Origin: Pecten maximus
Lineage: Eukaryota
Direction of reading: 5' to 3'
Assembly (NCBI RefSeq): GCF_902652985.1
Contig: NC_047027.1
Span: 12,090,001-12,154,000 of the forward strand
Length of the DNA stretch: 64,000 bases
How positions within the stretch are numbered: position 1 is the first letter of the stretch; every line of letters begins with the position of its first letter. Under the pieces are notes generated by a model, which had not been told where the DNA came from, searched no databases, and was given only the letters and a program-made list of their open reading frames with translations. Shown here one piece after another: positions 35,944-49,600 of the stretch. The translations under genes were made by a program, and so were the position numbers.

Positions 35944-37442
35944 AATACTTTTGAAAAGCTCACTATTGAAGAAAAACATACAACAATGTTGAAATTAAAT
36001 AGTTTAAATCTTAATAATGTTTCTCCTGAAAAAAATCCACATGCCTTTTAAAATCAACTTTAAAATGAAGTACTATTTTGAAAACCTTTTAATTTGTTTT
36101 TCTCATAAAGCTGATTTAACGTCTGAACCTGAATTATCTCCCTTGTTCCTATTGATATTACAGATAATTATTATTGCATCACATAAAATATGTGATACAA
36201 CTAATTAAAGTGTAACTTAGTAAGCATATCACATAACTATTTGCAATAACAGCCATAACATACAGTACATTTTATTGTACACAAGTAATAACACTTCAAA
36301 TTAAGTGGGTATACATTCCAACTGTTTAAATTCTGATGTAATAACTTCATATCACAAACACCTGCACACTATTATGTCACCAAGGAAGAGGTATGGAGGA
36401 GAAATGTCCATTTCTTTCTCCCTTTTTTGTATTGATGTGATAGTTAAATGCTGCTCTGACAAATGTTTGAAAAAATATCTTAATTTGTGATGAATTGATT
36501 GAGGCTTGCTAAAATAAAACAGAAAATATTTGCGAAACTCATCTGAAGCTGAAATAATGTAAGATTCTCATAGAATTACCTAACCTTCACAAGCATTCAT
36601 TATCTTTCACAATAAGGAAATATCTATGTATAAAGATCACTCTTTTTCACCAGAGAAATTTAGTACATGCATTAATGAAATGTTCATGATATTTCAAAAA
36701 CATTCTTAAATATAATCTTAATCACTAGTAAACAGAAAATCACAATAATTTAAAATAAGATATGAAAAATAATAGGAATCTTCTGTCATAGCATATTGAC
36801 CATAGCACAAAATGGAAGCTCTACAAACAAAAATATCTCTTCTGGAGAATTTGATTTCATTTGAGACAATCCAATCTCACTGTACACACTTTGATTGAGA
36901 TGGAACTAAACCAAACATTTAATTAAAACTAAAACAAAGTCAAAAATGTTTCTTTACTTTTCCAATTTATCTGCAATTCATTGTACAGTCTGAAAGTTTT
37001 TTATGCAAAATCTCAACATTAATGAAATTAATTCAACTTAATGAGTGAATGGCGCAATCTTAAAAACTTCTTACTACACAAAATACGGTATGTGATTGTG
37101 GGACAGTTCTCCTAAGTTCAAAACCTCTCTCTCTATAGCATCTATAAAAAGTCTCATTTTCAAAACCTTTTAGCAAAAAACATAGATGCACAGCTGATAA
37201 AGCCTGCAACATCAGTCAAGAGAACTCCCAGTAAGGATATCAATAGACTTTAACAGAAAATAACCGACAAATTGATGGGCAGAGGAAAGCAGAAAATTAA
37301 TACAATAGATTACATAATTAGACACAATACACAATTCATATCAAAGCCATTTAGGGCTAACTTTCTAGCATTTTTCACAAAAATGTGGACCCTTGAACAA
37401 TTAAAAACGATGAAATTATTACATAATTCTTTATTAAGTCTT

Positions 37443-37617
37443 TCACATCATTGGAGCTCCACCACCAAAACTTGGAAGCTGAATTCCAAAATTTTTCGCC
37501 ACATTGAGCTGTGCCTTTGCAGCTTCTAAGAGAGAAAATAGATGAGCCATTTCTGACTCTGTTCGGGAATATTCTATGGCTTTCTGGAAATGTCCCATGG
37601 CGTTATCCATATGTCCC
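37443..37617 (-). CDS. TOMM70: TOM70 exon 11 (terminal)
   Basis: GHMDNAMGHFQKAIEYSRTESEMAHLFSLLEAAKAQLNVAKNFGIQLPSFGGGAPMM*. Confidence 0.93.
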
Positions 37618-40600
37618 CTGAAACATAATACAGATTCATATTATCAAAGTGATAAGTCGCAGATTCATATCATCAAAGTGATTAGTCACAGATTCATGTC
37701 ATCAAAGTGGCAGATTCATGTCATCAAAGTGATTAGTCACAGATTCATGTCATCAAAGTGATAAGTTGCAGATTCATGTCATCAAAGTGATAAGTTGCAG
37801 ATTCATGTCATCAAACTGATAAGTTGCAGATTATGTCATCAAAGTGATAAGTTGCAGATTCATGTCATCAAAGTGATAAGTTGCAGATTCATATCATCAA
37901 AGTCGCAGATGCATGTCATCAAAGTGATAAGTTGCAGATTCATGTCATCAAAGTGATTAGTCACAGATTCATGTCATCAAAGTGATAAGTTGCAGATTCA
38001 TGTCATCAAAGTGATAAGTTGCAGATTCATGTCATCAAAGTCAGGGATTCATGTCTTCAATGTGATTCGCCACAGATTCATGTCATCAAAGTCAGGGATT
38101 CATGTCATCAAAGTGATTTGTCACAGATTCATGTCATCAAAGTCAGGGATTCATGTCATCAAAGTGATTAGTCGCAGATTCATATCATCAAAGTCAGCGA
38201 TTCGTGTCATTTAAGTCAAGGTAATTTGGAGGATTGTACACAAGTCTTTTGCACTTTTCAATACAAATTGAGAGTAAGAAAGAGTTGCGCCTAAAATGAA
38301 TTAAACATGGTTACATCACACATCTGTTTGGTCCATCTAGGACTCGTCAGTGATGCTAAGGGCCTAAACTGTTACAGGCAAATAATAAGACAACAAGAAA
38401 TGTTAAAGTCTAGATGGGGAGATGTGATAGCCCCACTATTCAATAAATTTTATTACATTAAATATTGCAATTTTAACATTGATTTTATCACAACTGCTGG
38501 ATCCTACCTGGACAACAGCTTCACAAAAAAAGAGAAAATCTTGGCGCTAACTCTGATCTTGTTTAATCATAGCAACAAAAAAGTGCTCTAATTTCAACCT
38601 CCAAACAAACTTGCTATTGGATGTGAACTCCTTGACATTCACCACACAGACAAACCTTGAAGATTGGATGTCAAATCATTGACATTCTCAACACAACCCT
38701 GAAGATTGCATGTCAAATTATTGACATTCACAACAGACAAACCCTGAAGATTGCATGTCAAACACAGACAAACCCTGAAGATTGCATGTCAAACACAGAC
38801 AAACCCTGAAGATTGCATGTCAAACACAGACAAACCCTGAAGATTGCATGTCAACTAATTAGCATTCACCACAAAGACAAACCCTGAAGCAGACACCATT
38901 AACAGTTTCATTAAACAGCCATCCAGGGGTGGTTTATTTCCTAAGTCGCATACTGTTAACAAAATCTGTACTCACTGTTGGACCTCCAGGGTTCCAAGGA
39001 CTTCATATGCATATTCACAACGATTGTCAAGCTCTAGGGCGGTGTTGATAGTACGAGTGGCTTCCTTAATGTCTTTATCAGCCTGCAGCTTCAGCAACCT
39101 GAAACAGACATCACATAGTTTAACACAAGTCTATTGGACATGATTCAAGTCTATTGGTAAATCAATGATGGCTCCTTGAAAATGTTCATTACATGTACCT
39201 TTGTTGACTTATCTTGTGAATATCAACGGTTTCCTATTTCAATTTAACATGATGCAAGTCTATATATATTACAGCAAAACACTACATGTATGTATGTAGA
39301 ATATGTCAATGAATGATCAACTCGGCAAACATCTCTCGCCCTTTGGCAGTTCAGGTTAAAATTGCACGTTCGTCAACCAATAGGTACGTGACACTTTTAA
39401 CCCTCCAGCCTTTGGGCTTATTTACAGAGAATCCTTCTCATCCATCATATCAGAGGTACGCGGATGAGAGGGGGATTTTACCTTGACAATATGGAATACA
39501 AGCTATATGCTAAATATGTTGTGAAGTATCGATCAGTCAATTATTATCATTACCATTATTTAAGGTAACCAAAGTTTTTAAGATTAAGTTTGTCATCAAC
39601 ATAATGAGTGACCTGAAATCATCTATAAAATGTCTTGTAACTAGAAAATGTCTGTAAGACATAAATGCCCCTGCTGCCACTTGACATCTTGAAACAAAGT
39701 TCAGTGAGGATTGCATCAGCAGTTCCTGAGATTAGCTAGTTACATGAATGTACATTGTATTGGGACGGGATAGACATGGCTAACACTATATGCTTCCTCA
39801 TTTAATGGCGGTGGCATAAAAATGTCTCCTATTAGGAAATGAGAGATAAACAGATAGATAGATAAACTATCTTTGACCCGGTAACTGATGCATTGCCGAG
39901 ACGAAACAGGCCATTTGACAGACCAGGCAGGATGGACAGGGACAAACTGGGAGGAACATCCCTGGGAAATAAGGCCTGGTGGGATGGACAGGGACAAACT
40001 GGGAGGGACATCCATCAGTAACATGGCCTGGCATGATGGACAGGGACAAACTGGGAGGGACATCCATGGGTAACATGGCCTGGTGGGATGGACAGGGACA
40101 AACTGGGAGGGACATCCATGGGTAATAAGGCCTGGTGGGATGGACAGGGACAAACCAGGAGGGACATCCATGGGTAACATGGCCTGGTGGGATGGACAGG
40201 GACAAACGAGGAGGGACATCCATGGGTAACATGGCCTGGTGGGATGGACAGGGACAAACTGGGAGGGACATCCATGGGTAATAAGGTCTGGTGGGATGGA
40301 CAGGGACAAACTGGGAGGGACATCCCTGGGTAATAAGGTCTGGTGGGATGGACTGGGACAAACTGGGAGGGACATCCATGGGTAACATGGCCTGGTGGGA
40401 GGGACAGGGACAAACCGGGAGGGACATCCATGGGTAACATGGCCTGGTAGGATGGACAGGGACAAACCGGGAGGGACATCCATGGGTAACATGGCCTGGT
40501 GGGATGGACAGGGACAAACTGGGAGGGACATCCATGGGTAATAAGGCCTGGTGGGATGGACAGGGACAAACTGGGAGGGACATCCATGGGTAACATGGCC

Positions 40601-43600
40601 TGGTGGGATGGACAGGGACAAACTGGGAGGGACATCCATGGGTAATAAGGCCTGGTGGGATGGACAGGGACAAACTGGGAGGGACATCCATGGGTAACAT
40701 GGCCTGGTGGGATGGACTGGGACAAACTGGGAGGGACATCCATGGGTAACATGGCCTGGCGGGGTGGACAGGGACAAACTGGGAGGGACATCCATCAGTA
40801 ACATGGCCTGGCAGGGTGGACAGGGACAAACCAGGAGAGACATCCATGGGTAACATGGCCTGGTGGGATGGACAGGGACAAACTGGGAGGGACATCCATG
40901 GGTAATAAGGTCTGGTGGGATGGACAGGGACAAACTGGGAGGGACATCCCTGGGTAATAAGGTCTGGTGGGATGGACTGGGACAAACTGGTAGGGACATC
41001 CATGGGTAACATGTCCTGGTGGGATGGACAGGGACAAACTGGGAGGGACATCTATGGGTAATAAGGTCTGGTGGGATGGACAGGGACAAACCAGGAGGGA
41101 CATCCATGGGTAACATGCCCTGGCGGGATGGACGGGGACAAACTGGGAGGGACATCTATGGGTAATAAGGTCTGGTGGGATGGACTGGGACAAACTGAGA
41201 GGGACATCCATGGGTAACATGGCCTGGTGGGATGGACAGGGACAAACTGGGAAGGACATCCATGTAACATGGCCTGGTGGGATAGACAGGGACAAACTGG
41301 GAGGGACATCCCTGGGTAATAAGGTCTGGTGGGATGGACAGGGACAAACTGGGAGGGACATCCATCAGTAACATGGCTTGGCACGATGGACAGGGACAAA
41401 CCAGGAGGGACATCTATGGGTAACATGTCCTGGTGGGATGGACAGGGACAAACTGGGAGGGACATCCATGGGTAACATGGCCTGGCGGGATGGACGGGGA
41501 CAAACTGGGAGGGACATCTATGGGTAATAAGGTCTGGTGGGATGGACTGCCTGGTGGGATGGACAGGGACAAACTGGGAGGGACATCCATCAGTAACATG
41601 GCTTGGCACGATGGACAGGGACAAACCAGGAGGGACATCCATGGGTAACATGGCCTGGTGGGATGGACAGGGACAAACCAGGAGGGACATCCATGGGTAA
41701 CATGGCCTGGCGGGATTGACAGGGACAAACTGGGAGGGACATCCATGGGTAACATGGCCTGGTGGGATGGACAGGGACAAACCGGGAGGGACATCCATGG
41801 GTAATAAGGTCTGGTGGGATGGACAGGGACAAACTGGGAGGGACATCCATGGGTAACATGTCCTGGTGGGATGGACAGGGACAAACTGGGAGGGACATCC
41901 ATCAGTAACATGGCCTGGTGGGATGGACAGGGACAAAGTGGGAGGAACATCCATGGGTAATATGGCCTGGCGGGATGGACAGTGACAAACTGGGAGGGAC
42001 ATATATGGGTAACACTGCCCTACTCTCCCCATAAAATAGTCGGGGTATAAAGATTACCTTTTTTTTCAAGTTCAAATAATTGTATTGCTAAAAAAAAAAG
42101 AATAAAACACAATGAGCTGGCCTCATACAGGAGAGGATCAATTTAACTTACCGAACATTCATACTATATTTTAATTTTGATATTAAAATGTATAATCAGT
42201 CTATTACAAGTATCATTAACAAGAGGCCGAAGGGCCTTAAAGGTTATCTGACTCTAAAGACCCTTGTTCTATTGTAGTAAACATACTCAGTAGCAAGTAT
42301 AGTGGTACTGTTGGCCATGGCGAAGTAGCGAACATTGTGGATTTTGACCCGACCAGAAAATAAACAACACTTGGTCAGGACCATCTTCAGGATCATTTCA
42401 GGTAAGTTAGAGCTGAATCCCACTGGTGGAATTTGAGAAGTTTGAAATAGGTGTTGTTCAGGAAAACCATGATTGCGCAATCATGTTACAAAATGGCCGT
42501 CGTGGCTGCCATGTCAAAGTTTTTATGAGGCCGAAAAATAACAACACTTTGCTGGCTCCCCTAAGCCTTCCTTAACATCCTCACCAATTTCCAGTTCAAT
42601 GGCACCTGTGGACCCTTCGGGTCAGATGACCTAAAAGTTACCTCTTATTAAGTGAATGTTAATGGAAACTCCACCTACCCTCTATGTACGAGAGCTGTGG
42701 CATTGTCCGGATCAAGTCGCACAGCTTCTGCAAACTGAACCTCTGCTTCCTCAAATTTCCCAGCGTCCCCAAGGGCCTGAGCATAGAGTGCGCGGGCATC
42801 ACCATTAGTGGGGAACATTTCAACATTTGCCTTATAAGACTGTAACACTGTCTGGGGGAGGGGCAGGTTAGAGCCCATCATCTGCATAGCAGTTCTCTTG
42901 TGTTCTGAAAGTAGACATATCCTACTAACTGAGGCAGTGGAATCCCCGACAACATCATCTCAATTTACACAAAATGTTTTTGTTAAGTTGGAAGTCTTTT
43001 TCCCTAAATAAGTAATAATATATAAATATATATATGAGATAGGGTTTATATGAAGGTCTCCATTCAAACTTTCTGGAAATAATTTTCTGTTTCATGATGT
43101 GCCCCGTTGAAATCCCATGGAATTTTCCTGTGCACAGAATTTCCACGTAGGATATATGTAAACAAATTGTTGTAATTTTTGCTGAATCTTATTTTACAAT
43201 TTATTAGTTTAAACAAGGAAAGAGCCTTTCTCGTCACTCAATGAGATACATTTCAAAAATCCTACAAGGATACTCCAGAATATTTACCTGCAAAAGACTT
43301 CTGTACATGAGAAGCAGCAAATGTTGGATCCTTTGAGATAGCATTCTCTAGATCTCTTAAGGCGTCATCTATCCTCTCCAATTGGATGTTGTGCTGAAAT
43401 TACAGTTTTCTATATTCACCTATCCTCATGGCTAGATGTATTGGCATGAACATAATTAATTATTCAACTAATGAATGTTGGAAATGAAGCTATAAACACA
43501 AAAGTCAACAAGTTCAAAAAACATAAAAAAATTATTTTCTATTTCCAATATGCTGCATATGTGCAAAATACGTTTTGATCTTTGGGAAAAGACAACAATT

Positions 43601-46600
43601 CTTTATATTTGTTCAGTTAAGGGAGACATCAAAGTTAATTACATGTCCTCGGTGATGGTAGATATCGGCGTTTTCTGGATCGATTCGGACTGCGGAGGCA
43701 AAGTCGTCCAAACCTTCTGTCTGTTTCTCCATCTGTATGTATATACTGCCCCTTTTTATCATAGCGTTTACTCGAACCTGTAAGGAAAATATACAGAAAT
43801 TATTTTCAACATGTAACTGATGTATATATAAGGAATGGGTTTGCTTTCTTTACTCTTCTTTTAATATGTTGATTGTAATATATTGATTATAATCTTTCAT
43901 ATTGAAGATCAACTGATATCTTGCATGAAAAATATTTTCAAAATTATTGTCTTTTAAATCAATTTTTTTTCAAATTAATGTTTTGCTAATTGTTTTTATT
44001 TCTATTTCATTTTTTAATTAATATTCCTTTTTACATTATTATATATAAATGTATATTTTATATATTGTTTTAGAATTTTTTTTTTCAATCTTTGTTTTAT
44101 ATACACTTCTTTTAATTGATGGGGTTTTACATTAATATTTTTACTGTGTATTTAATGTATTAAAATTAAATAATGGGATTTTCCCAGAAATTTTTATATT
44201 TTCATGGCTGTGAATGAATACAGTATGCTACTATAGAAATTAATTATTTAGGATGTAAGTGAGACATATGTGACTCTAATTGCCAACTGGAACATGACGC
44301 CTACAATGTATGTCTACAAGACCTCATTTAATCGAAGGGAGGTAACTCCTATGCAAACTTCTTGCAACTTGTTACAATTAAGGCTGTTCCAAAAGGAGTG
44401 GGAGGAATTTTCCCCGATCCCCACCACCAATCAAATATGAAAATATTATAAAAATTATAAAAAAATAGAAAAATACTTGAAAAATGGGGCTTTGCCTCCA
44501 TCCGGCCCCGAACAAACTTTAATAGAAGTGACTCACACCCCTACCACACAGATAATTCTGTAATATATCTGTTACATTTATTAAATGTATACTCCACTAC
44601 TTTATATACATGTACCACTCTCCTTCTTAATGTCATAATGAAACTTGTTTATACTGGACCATGGTAACGGCCTCCTACTCAAGTCCACCCTGACATGTGA
44701 CTCATGATTTGTAAAAGTTATAATTTCTAAGTTGTACCAATAAGCTGACAATCAAAATATCAATAAATTTGAATTGATAATGGAATTGAATTGTATATCC
44801 AAGCATCTGCTTAACCAAACACATCATTTGGGCCGTATATAATTTAGACCTGCACTGCTCAAGCTTCTGTAGTCCAAAGAACTATTTCATTGTGAAGATT
44901 ATTTATTTTTGACACTGAATTATGAACAAATCATTTAATTATATCTGTTGTATCTGATACTCAAACAATTTTACAGCATGGTCTGTTTCATGTGTATATA
45001 TATATAAGTCACTGACATTTTCTATAGAAAATCTGAAAGTAACATGCTTGCTTTAACAAACTAATACTGTTCCTTGTATTAAAGCATAACCACAATAATA
45101 GAATAGGTCATGCATTATTTATCATTCTACCATGTTTGCTATGCAATGCCAGTTTTGATTGGTTTAAAACCATGTATTATTTTCCAATAACCCACGCTCG
45201 TGCCAATAATACACGGTCATGAGTCACGGCTGTTACAATTTTATATATCTAATATTCACCCCTTTTATAAAAGGTTACTATAGCCGAGTGGGCTAATGGG
45301 TTAGTCTTTCAATAATTTTTATCACGACGCGAGTTCGAATCCTACGGAGGCCCCCCCTTTTTTTCTTTTTTTTTTTCTTTTTAATTTTCAAAATCAATGC
45401 CATATGATAGATGCTCTTGATCGTAGTACTCTATTACCTGTATATTTCATCAGCAAATAATGCAATACTCAAGAAATAAATTTCAAGGTTTTCTCTGGGT
45501 TTCTTTGCTGTTTTTCTATTAGAAAGAGGTCGATCTCAGAACTAAACAGTACATGGTAGAATAGAAATAATCAACTTTGAATCCTGTATTGTTGTAGGAT
45601 ATACAACTCGGACTCGGATATTTTGCAATTTTAATTAATAACTCGTTATTAATTTAATTACAAAATATCCTCGTCCTCGTATATCCTGCAACAATACACG
45701 AATCATCGTTAATTATTTCTTAAATAGAGGAAGCCCTCAATGTGAAATTATCAGACAAAACTTTTTTTTCATATAATTTACATAGTTGTGACTATTCAGT
45801 AATTAAATATCAATTTAGGAATTTCATTGGTGACAAACAATTATTTGTCCAAAATGTTTTTCTTTAAATAGCCTTACTCTTTTAGGTAAATCTTCCTCTG
45901 ATAAAACAGCTTTGAGGTCGGTGAGTGCAAGGTCATACTGGTTACATAGTAAGTAGAGAGTTCCCCTTAGTAACTTAGCCTCGGTTTTTGATTCGCTGTT
46001 TGGGAGGTCCAGCTCCTGTGTACACAATGAAACGATATCATCGTAGTCCTCCGCCATGATCTTCCACAGAGCTTGTTGGTAAGGACTGTACAAAGAAATA
46101 AAATCAAATGTATGCCGATTTGTTTTTACATGGAATGTAAGAGATGTTGAGGGATGAAAACATTAGAGACTATATTGTTTTCCTCAACCATTTTAGTCAT
46201 CTGATGAAAATTGGAAAAGTTTCCAAAGTCTAAAATTAAAAAGGAAATTGAGAACATTGGTTACTGAACTGTCCTACAATCAAAAACACCAGATTCAAAG
46301 ACTTCTTGAATTTTTTATGAAATTATTGGAAAAAAATTAACAATATACACCATGGGGCTTAATTCATAACCAAACATACAGGCAAGAAAAACTCTGGAGT
46401 TTTTTTTTCTCCAAAATCATTCCCTCCTAAATCACTATTTCTTACCTGGCATCTTTGTCCCCATTAGCTACTTGATCTTCCTCAGCGGGCTTGGGAGGTG
46501 TAGTTTTCTTAGCAGCATTTAATATAGGATCATTGACAAATGCAGCGAAGTAGGTTCTGATGAAATGTTTGGAGGGCATCGCTGGTTTACGATTCTATTT

Positions 46601-49600
46601 AAAACATAAATAGGAAACATATGTAAGACAGGGCATCAAGTTGACACTTGGTTTTTAGCAATTTCAAAAGTCAACTAACTTTTTCTCAGAAATCTGAATG
46701 GCCAAAACAAGTCTATAGGAAGCAATGGGTGAAATGGCCCCCTAAAACCTTAACTACATCCATATCCCTGCTATATTGATATAAGATTTTTTTTAATTTA
46801 TCAGTTGAAATTATAAATTCTATTCTTTGTATGAAAATTAAGGATAACATCTGTCAATATTTAACTAGATACAAATGCTCCATACAGCATAATCTCACGT
46901 AATCAAAGCAAGCATTTAATAATTTCTTAACAGTTATGGAAAATGTTCTACAAAATTGTAAAGTCTAAGGGAGATAACTCCTCTACACTCACACGGAATG
47001 CTTCTTTGGCCTTGGTTTGTCCAAGATTCTTGAGAACGCGATCAGCTGTCTGAAGAGAATTAGGGTTCTGGAAGCCTTCCAGTATACACAGGGCTGTCAC
47101 ATCTGTCATCAAAACACAGAATTCAGTGAAAAAGATTATTGTAGACAAGTGACAACATCTGCTTGTGGCGACTCTTCTATTTAGCCAACAAGCAGGTGTC
47201 AGATTCTTACTTTAATTGTCTCAATATCAGTAACTGTAGGACTATAATTTGCTAGTCAAATGCATTCATTTAAGAATAAAATAAAATTTGATGATGATTT
47301 TTATACAGTTCTTGTTTTCTTTCAGCTTTACTGACTGGATCAGCTTCATGAATATAATTAGGATCATCTAAATGATTGAATCAAAACTACAACATCTATT
47401 ATCCGAGAAGTGTTGCCTAATATAATTGAATGAGATAATTTATTTCTGGAATAGCCCTTCATTGATTCAGTTATAATATCTGTATATCTAATCACATGTT
47501 CATTAATATTCAATTTCAGTGATTTTTTTTAGCAAAAAATTTGCACATCATACCAAAAATCAAGAATTTCAAATATCAATGTCTAGAAATCAAGACCCTG
47601 GCCATGAGATAATAGTTAAATGTTGATGCGATGTCGCTTATACCTTCCAGAGCCTGTGACAAGTCCTCCAGCTGTTCACATGCTGTGGCCCGCCTTGTCA
47701 ACGCCTTCACATACCGGTTATTCAGCTCCAGGGCGGTCGTACAATCCTCAACGACCATCTTATTGTTTCTCTGTGTAGTAAAACACCAACAGTATAATTG
47801 GAGAACTGGGTTTAATTACTTATACCAGTCTAGGGCTTTTCTTCACTCATTTAGGATGGGGCCTTTCCCTCTCATTTTTGGAAGAAAATTTGTCAATTAG
47901 AAAGGATATTTTCAGGAGTAAACTGTATATTTTTGGAACTGGGTTTGAATATGAAGTAATTTCAATCACTAATGGGGCCCAGCCAAGCCCCATTATCAGC
48001 TGAAAAAAAGTCGTTACAAAAATCATTGTTGTCTCATATACTTATAAGTTATATACATGTTTAATAAAATATCAATTTATTTTTTCATTAACCGTAAGCA
48101 TCTCTATGAAACAAAGTAACAAATCTTTTTTACCGAAATCTTAATTGCATTTGTACAAAAACACAGCTGGCTTTTAAATAATGTTATACAAGTATATAAG
48201 AAATTTACTGTTGAGCCAATAGAACATTTCTGAAATCATGTTTTTTGTCACTTTGAATATTCAAGGACATGTTCAGTCTATCTGTATCATAATTGTGATA
48301 AATTGCATTCAATTTCCAACTTTTGAACATGATATCATTTTATTCAAACTATCAGTTTTTCTAGACTCTTGCCCGTGACACGAACTTAACAGTACTTTTA
48401 GGTCTCCCTTGACAATGCCTCACTTTTGGCCTTTAGTTGAGTGTTCGCCCCTGTGAGGAAGGTTTTGGGTTCTGTCCCCTAGCCGAGACATACCAGAGTC
48501 TTTAAAAATGGTAGTTGCTACTCCTGCTTAGCGCTCAGCATATTTGGAGTGGAACGACTGGTTCGCCTGTTGTCAGTATAATGTGACCGTGTGGGGTGTG
48601 CTGCTGGGTGTCTCGGCAGTATGCTTCAGTGAGGTAGCACTTTAAATCGGCGAAAGTTCCGGCCTATCACAAGGAGACTTAACACAAACATACCGCAGCC
48701 TCCCAAAACACACATACGCACTCACCACACGCATGCATGTCGCACGCACGGGAGGCCGTCCTTAATTGACCTTAGCTGTTAATAGGACGTTAAACAAACA
48801 AGAGATCCCAGAGGGATCTTGGCGCCCACCATTGAATGATCTTTATAGGTTCTATGTCAGATTGATCTTCTCTCTACTTTTCCCTCCATTTTACTAATCT
48901 GTGCAAATTGAGACATCCCTCCAGTACTTTTCAAACAAGGGAATCCTAGCTATATAAGAAATTTGAGATTTAACAATAATGGCTGGTTGTTTGCCAGGCT
49001 GTTTTCAGGACAGACTGGTCCAAAAATGCACTACAAGGGACCAAGGGGAACCTACTTATGAAATTTGAGAAAGATCCATTCAGTACTTTGAGAAATAGAG
49101 ATAACAAACTTCAATTGTCAAAATCCAAGATGGCGGTCTGTCGGCCATATTGTTTTCCAATTGATCTCAAAATGCAATAAGCATAACAAGGCACCAACGG
49201 GAACCTCCATATGAAATTTAAGAAAGATCCCTTCAGTACTTTCTCAGAAATAGCGATAACAAACTTCAATTGTCAAAATCCAAGATGGCTGCCTGTCGGC
49301 CATGTTGTTATCCGATTGGTCTCAAAACGCAATATGCATAACTAGGCACCAAGGGAAACTTACATATGAAATTTGAGAAAGATCCCTTAAACACTTTCTC
49401 AGGAATTTTGATAACAAACTTCAATTGTCAAAATCCAAGATGGCTGCCTGTCGGCCATCTTGTTTTCAGATTGGTCTCAAAACGCAATATGCATAACTAG
49501 GCACCAAGGGAAACCTACATATGAAATTTTAGAAAGATCCATTCAGTACTTTCTCAGAAATAGTGATAACAAACTTCAATTGTCAAAATCCAAGATGGCT

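Noticed and set aside
39740-42032. Pro/Cys-rich ORFs up to 471 aa
   Set aside because: They are translations of a 52-bp intronic satellite, open in all three minus frames, and lie between consecutive phase-matched TOM70 exons
45281-45350. tRNA-like sequences (also 9704-9785, 62850-62891, 7688-7760)
   Set aside because: They have A/B boxes but no complete cloverleaf or acceptor stem, and are embedded in SINE or transposon bodies
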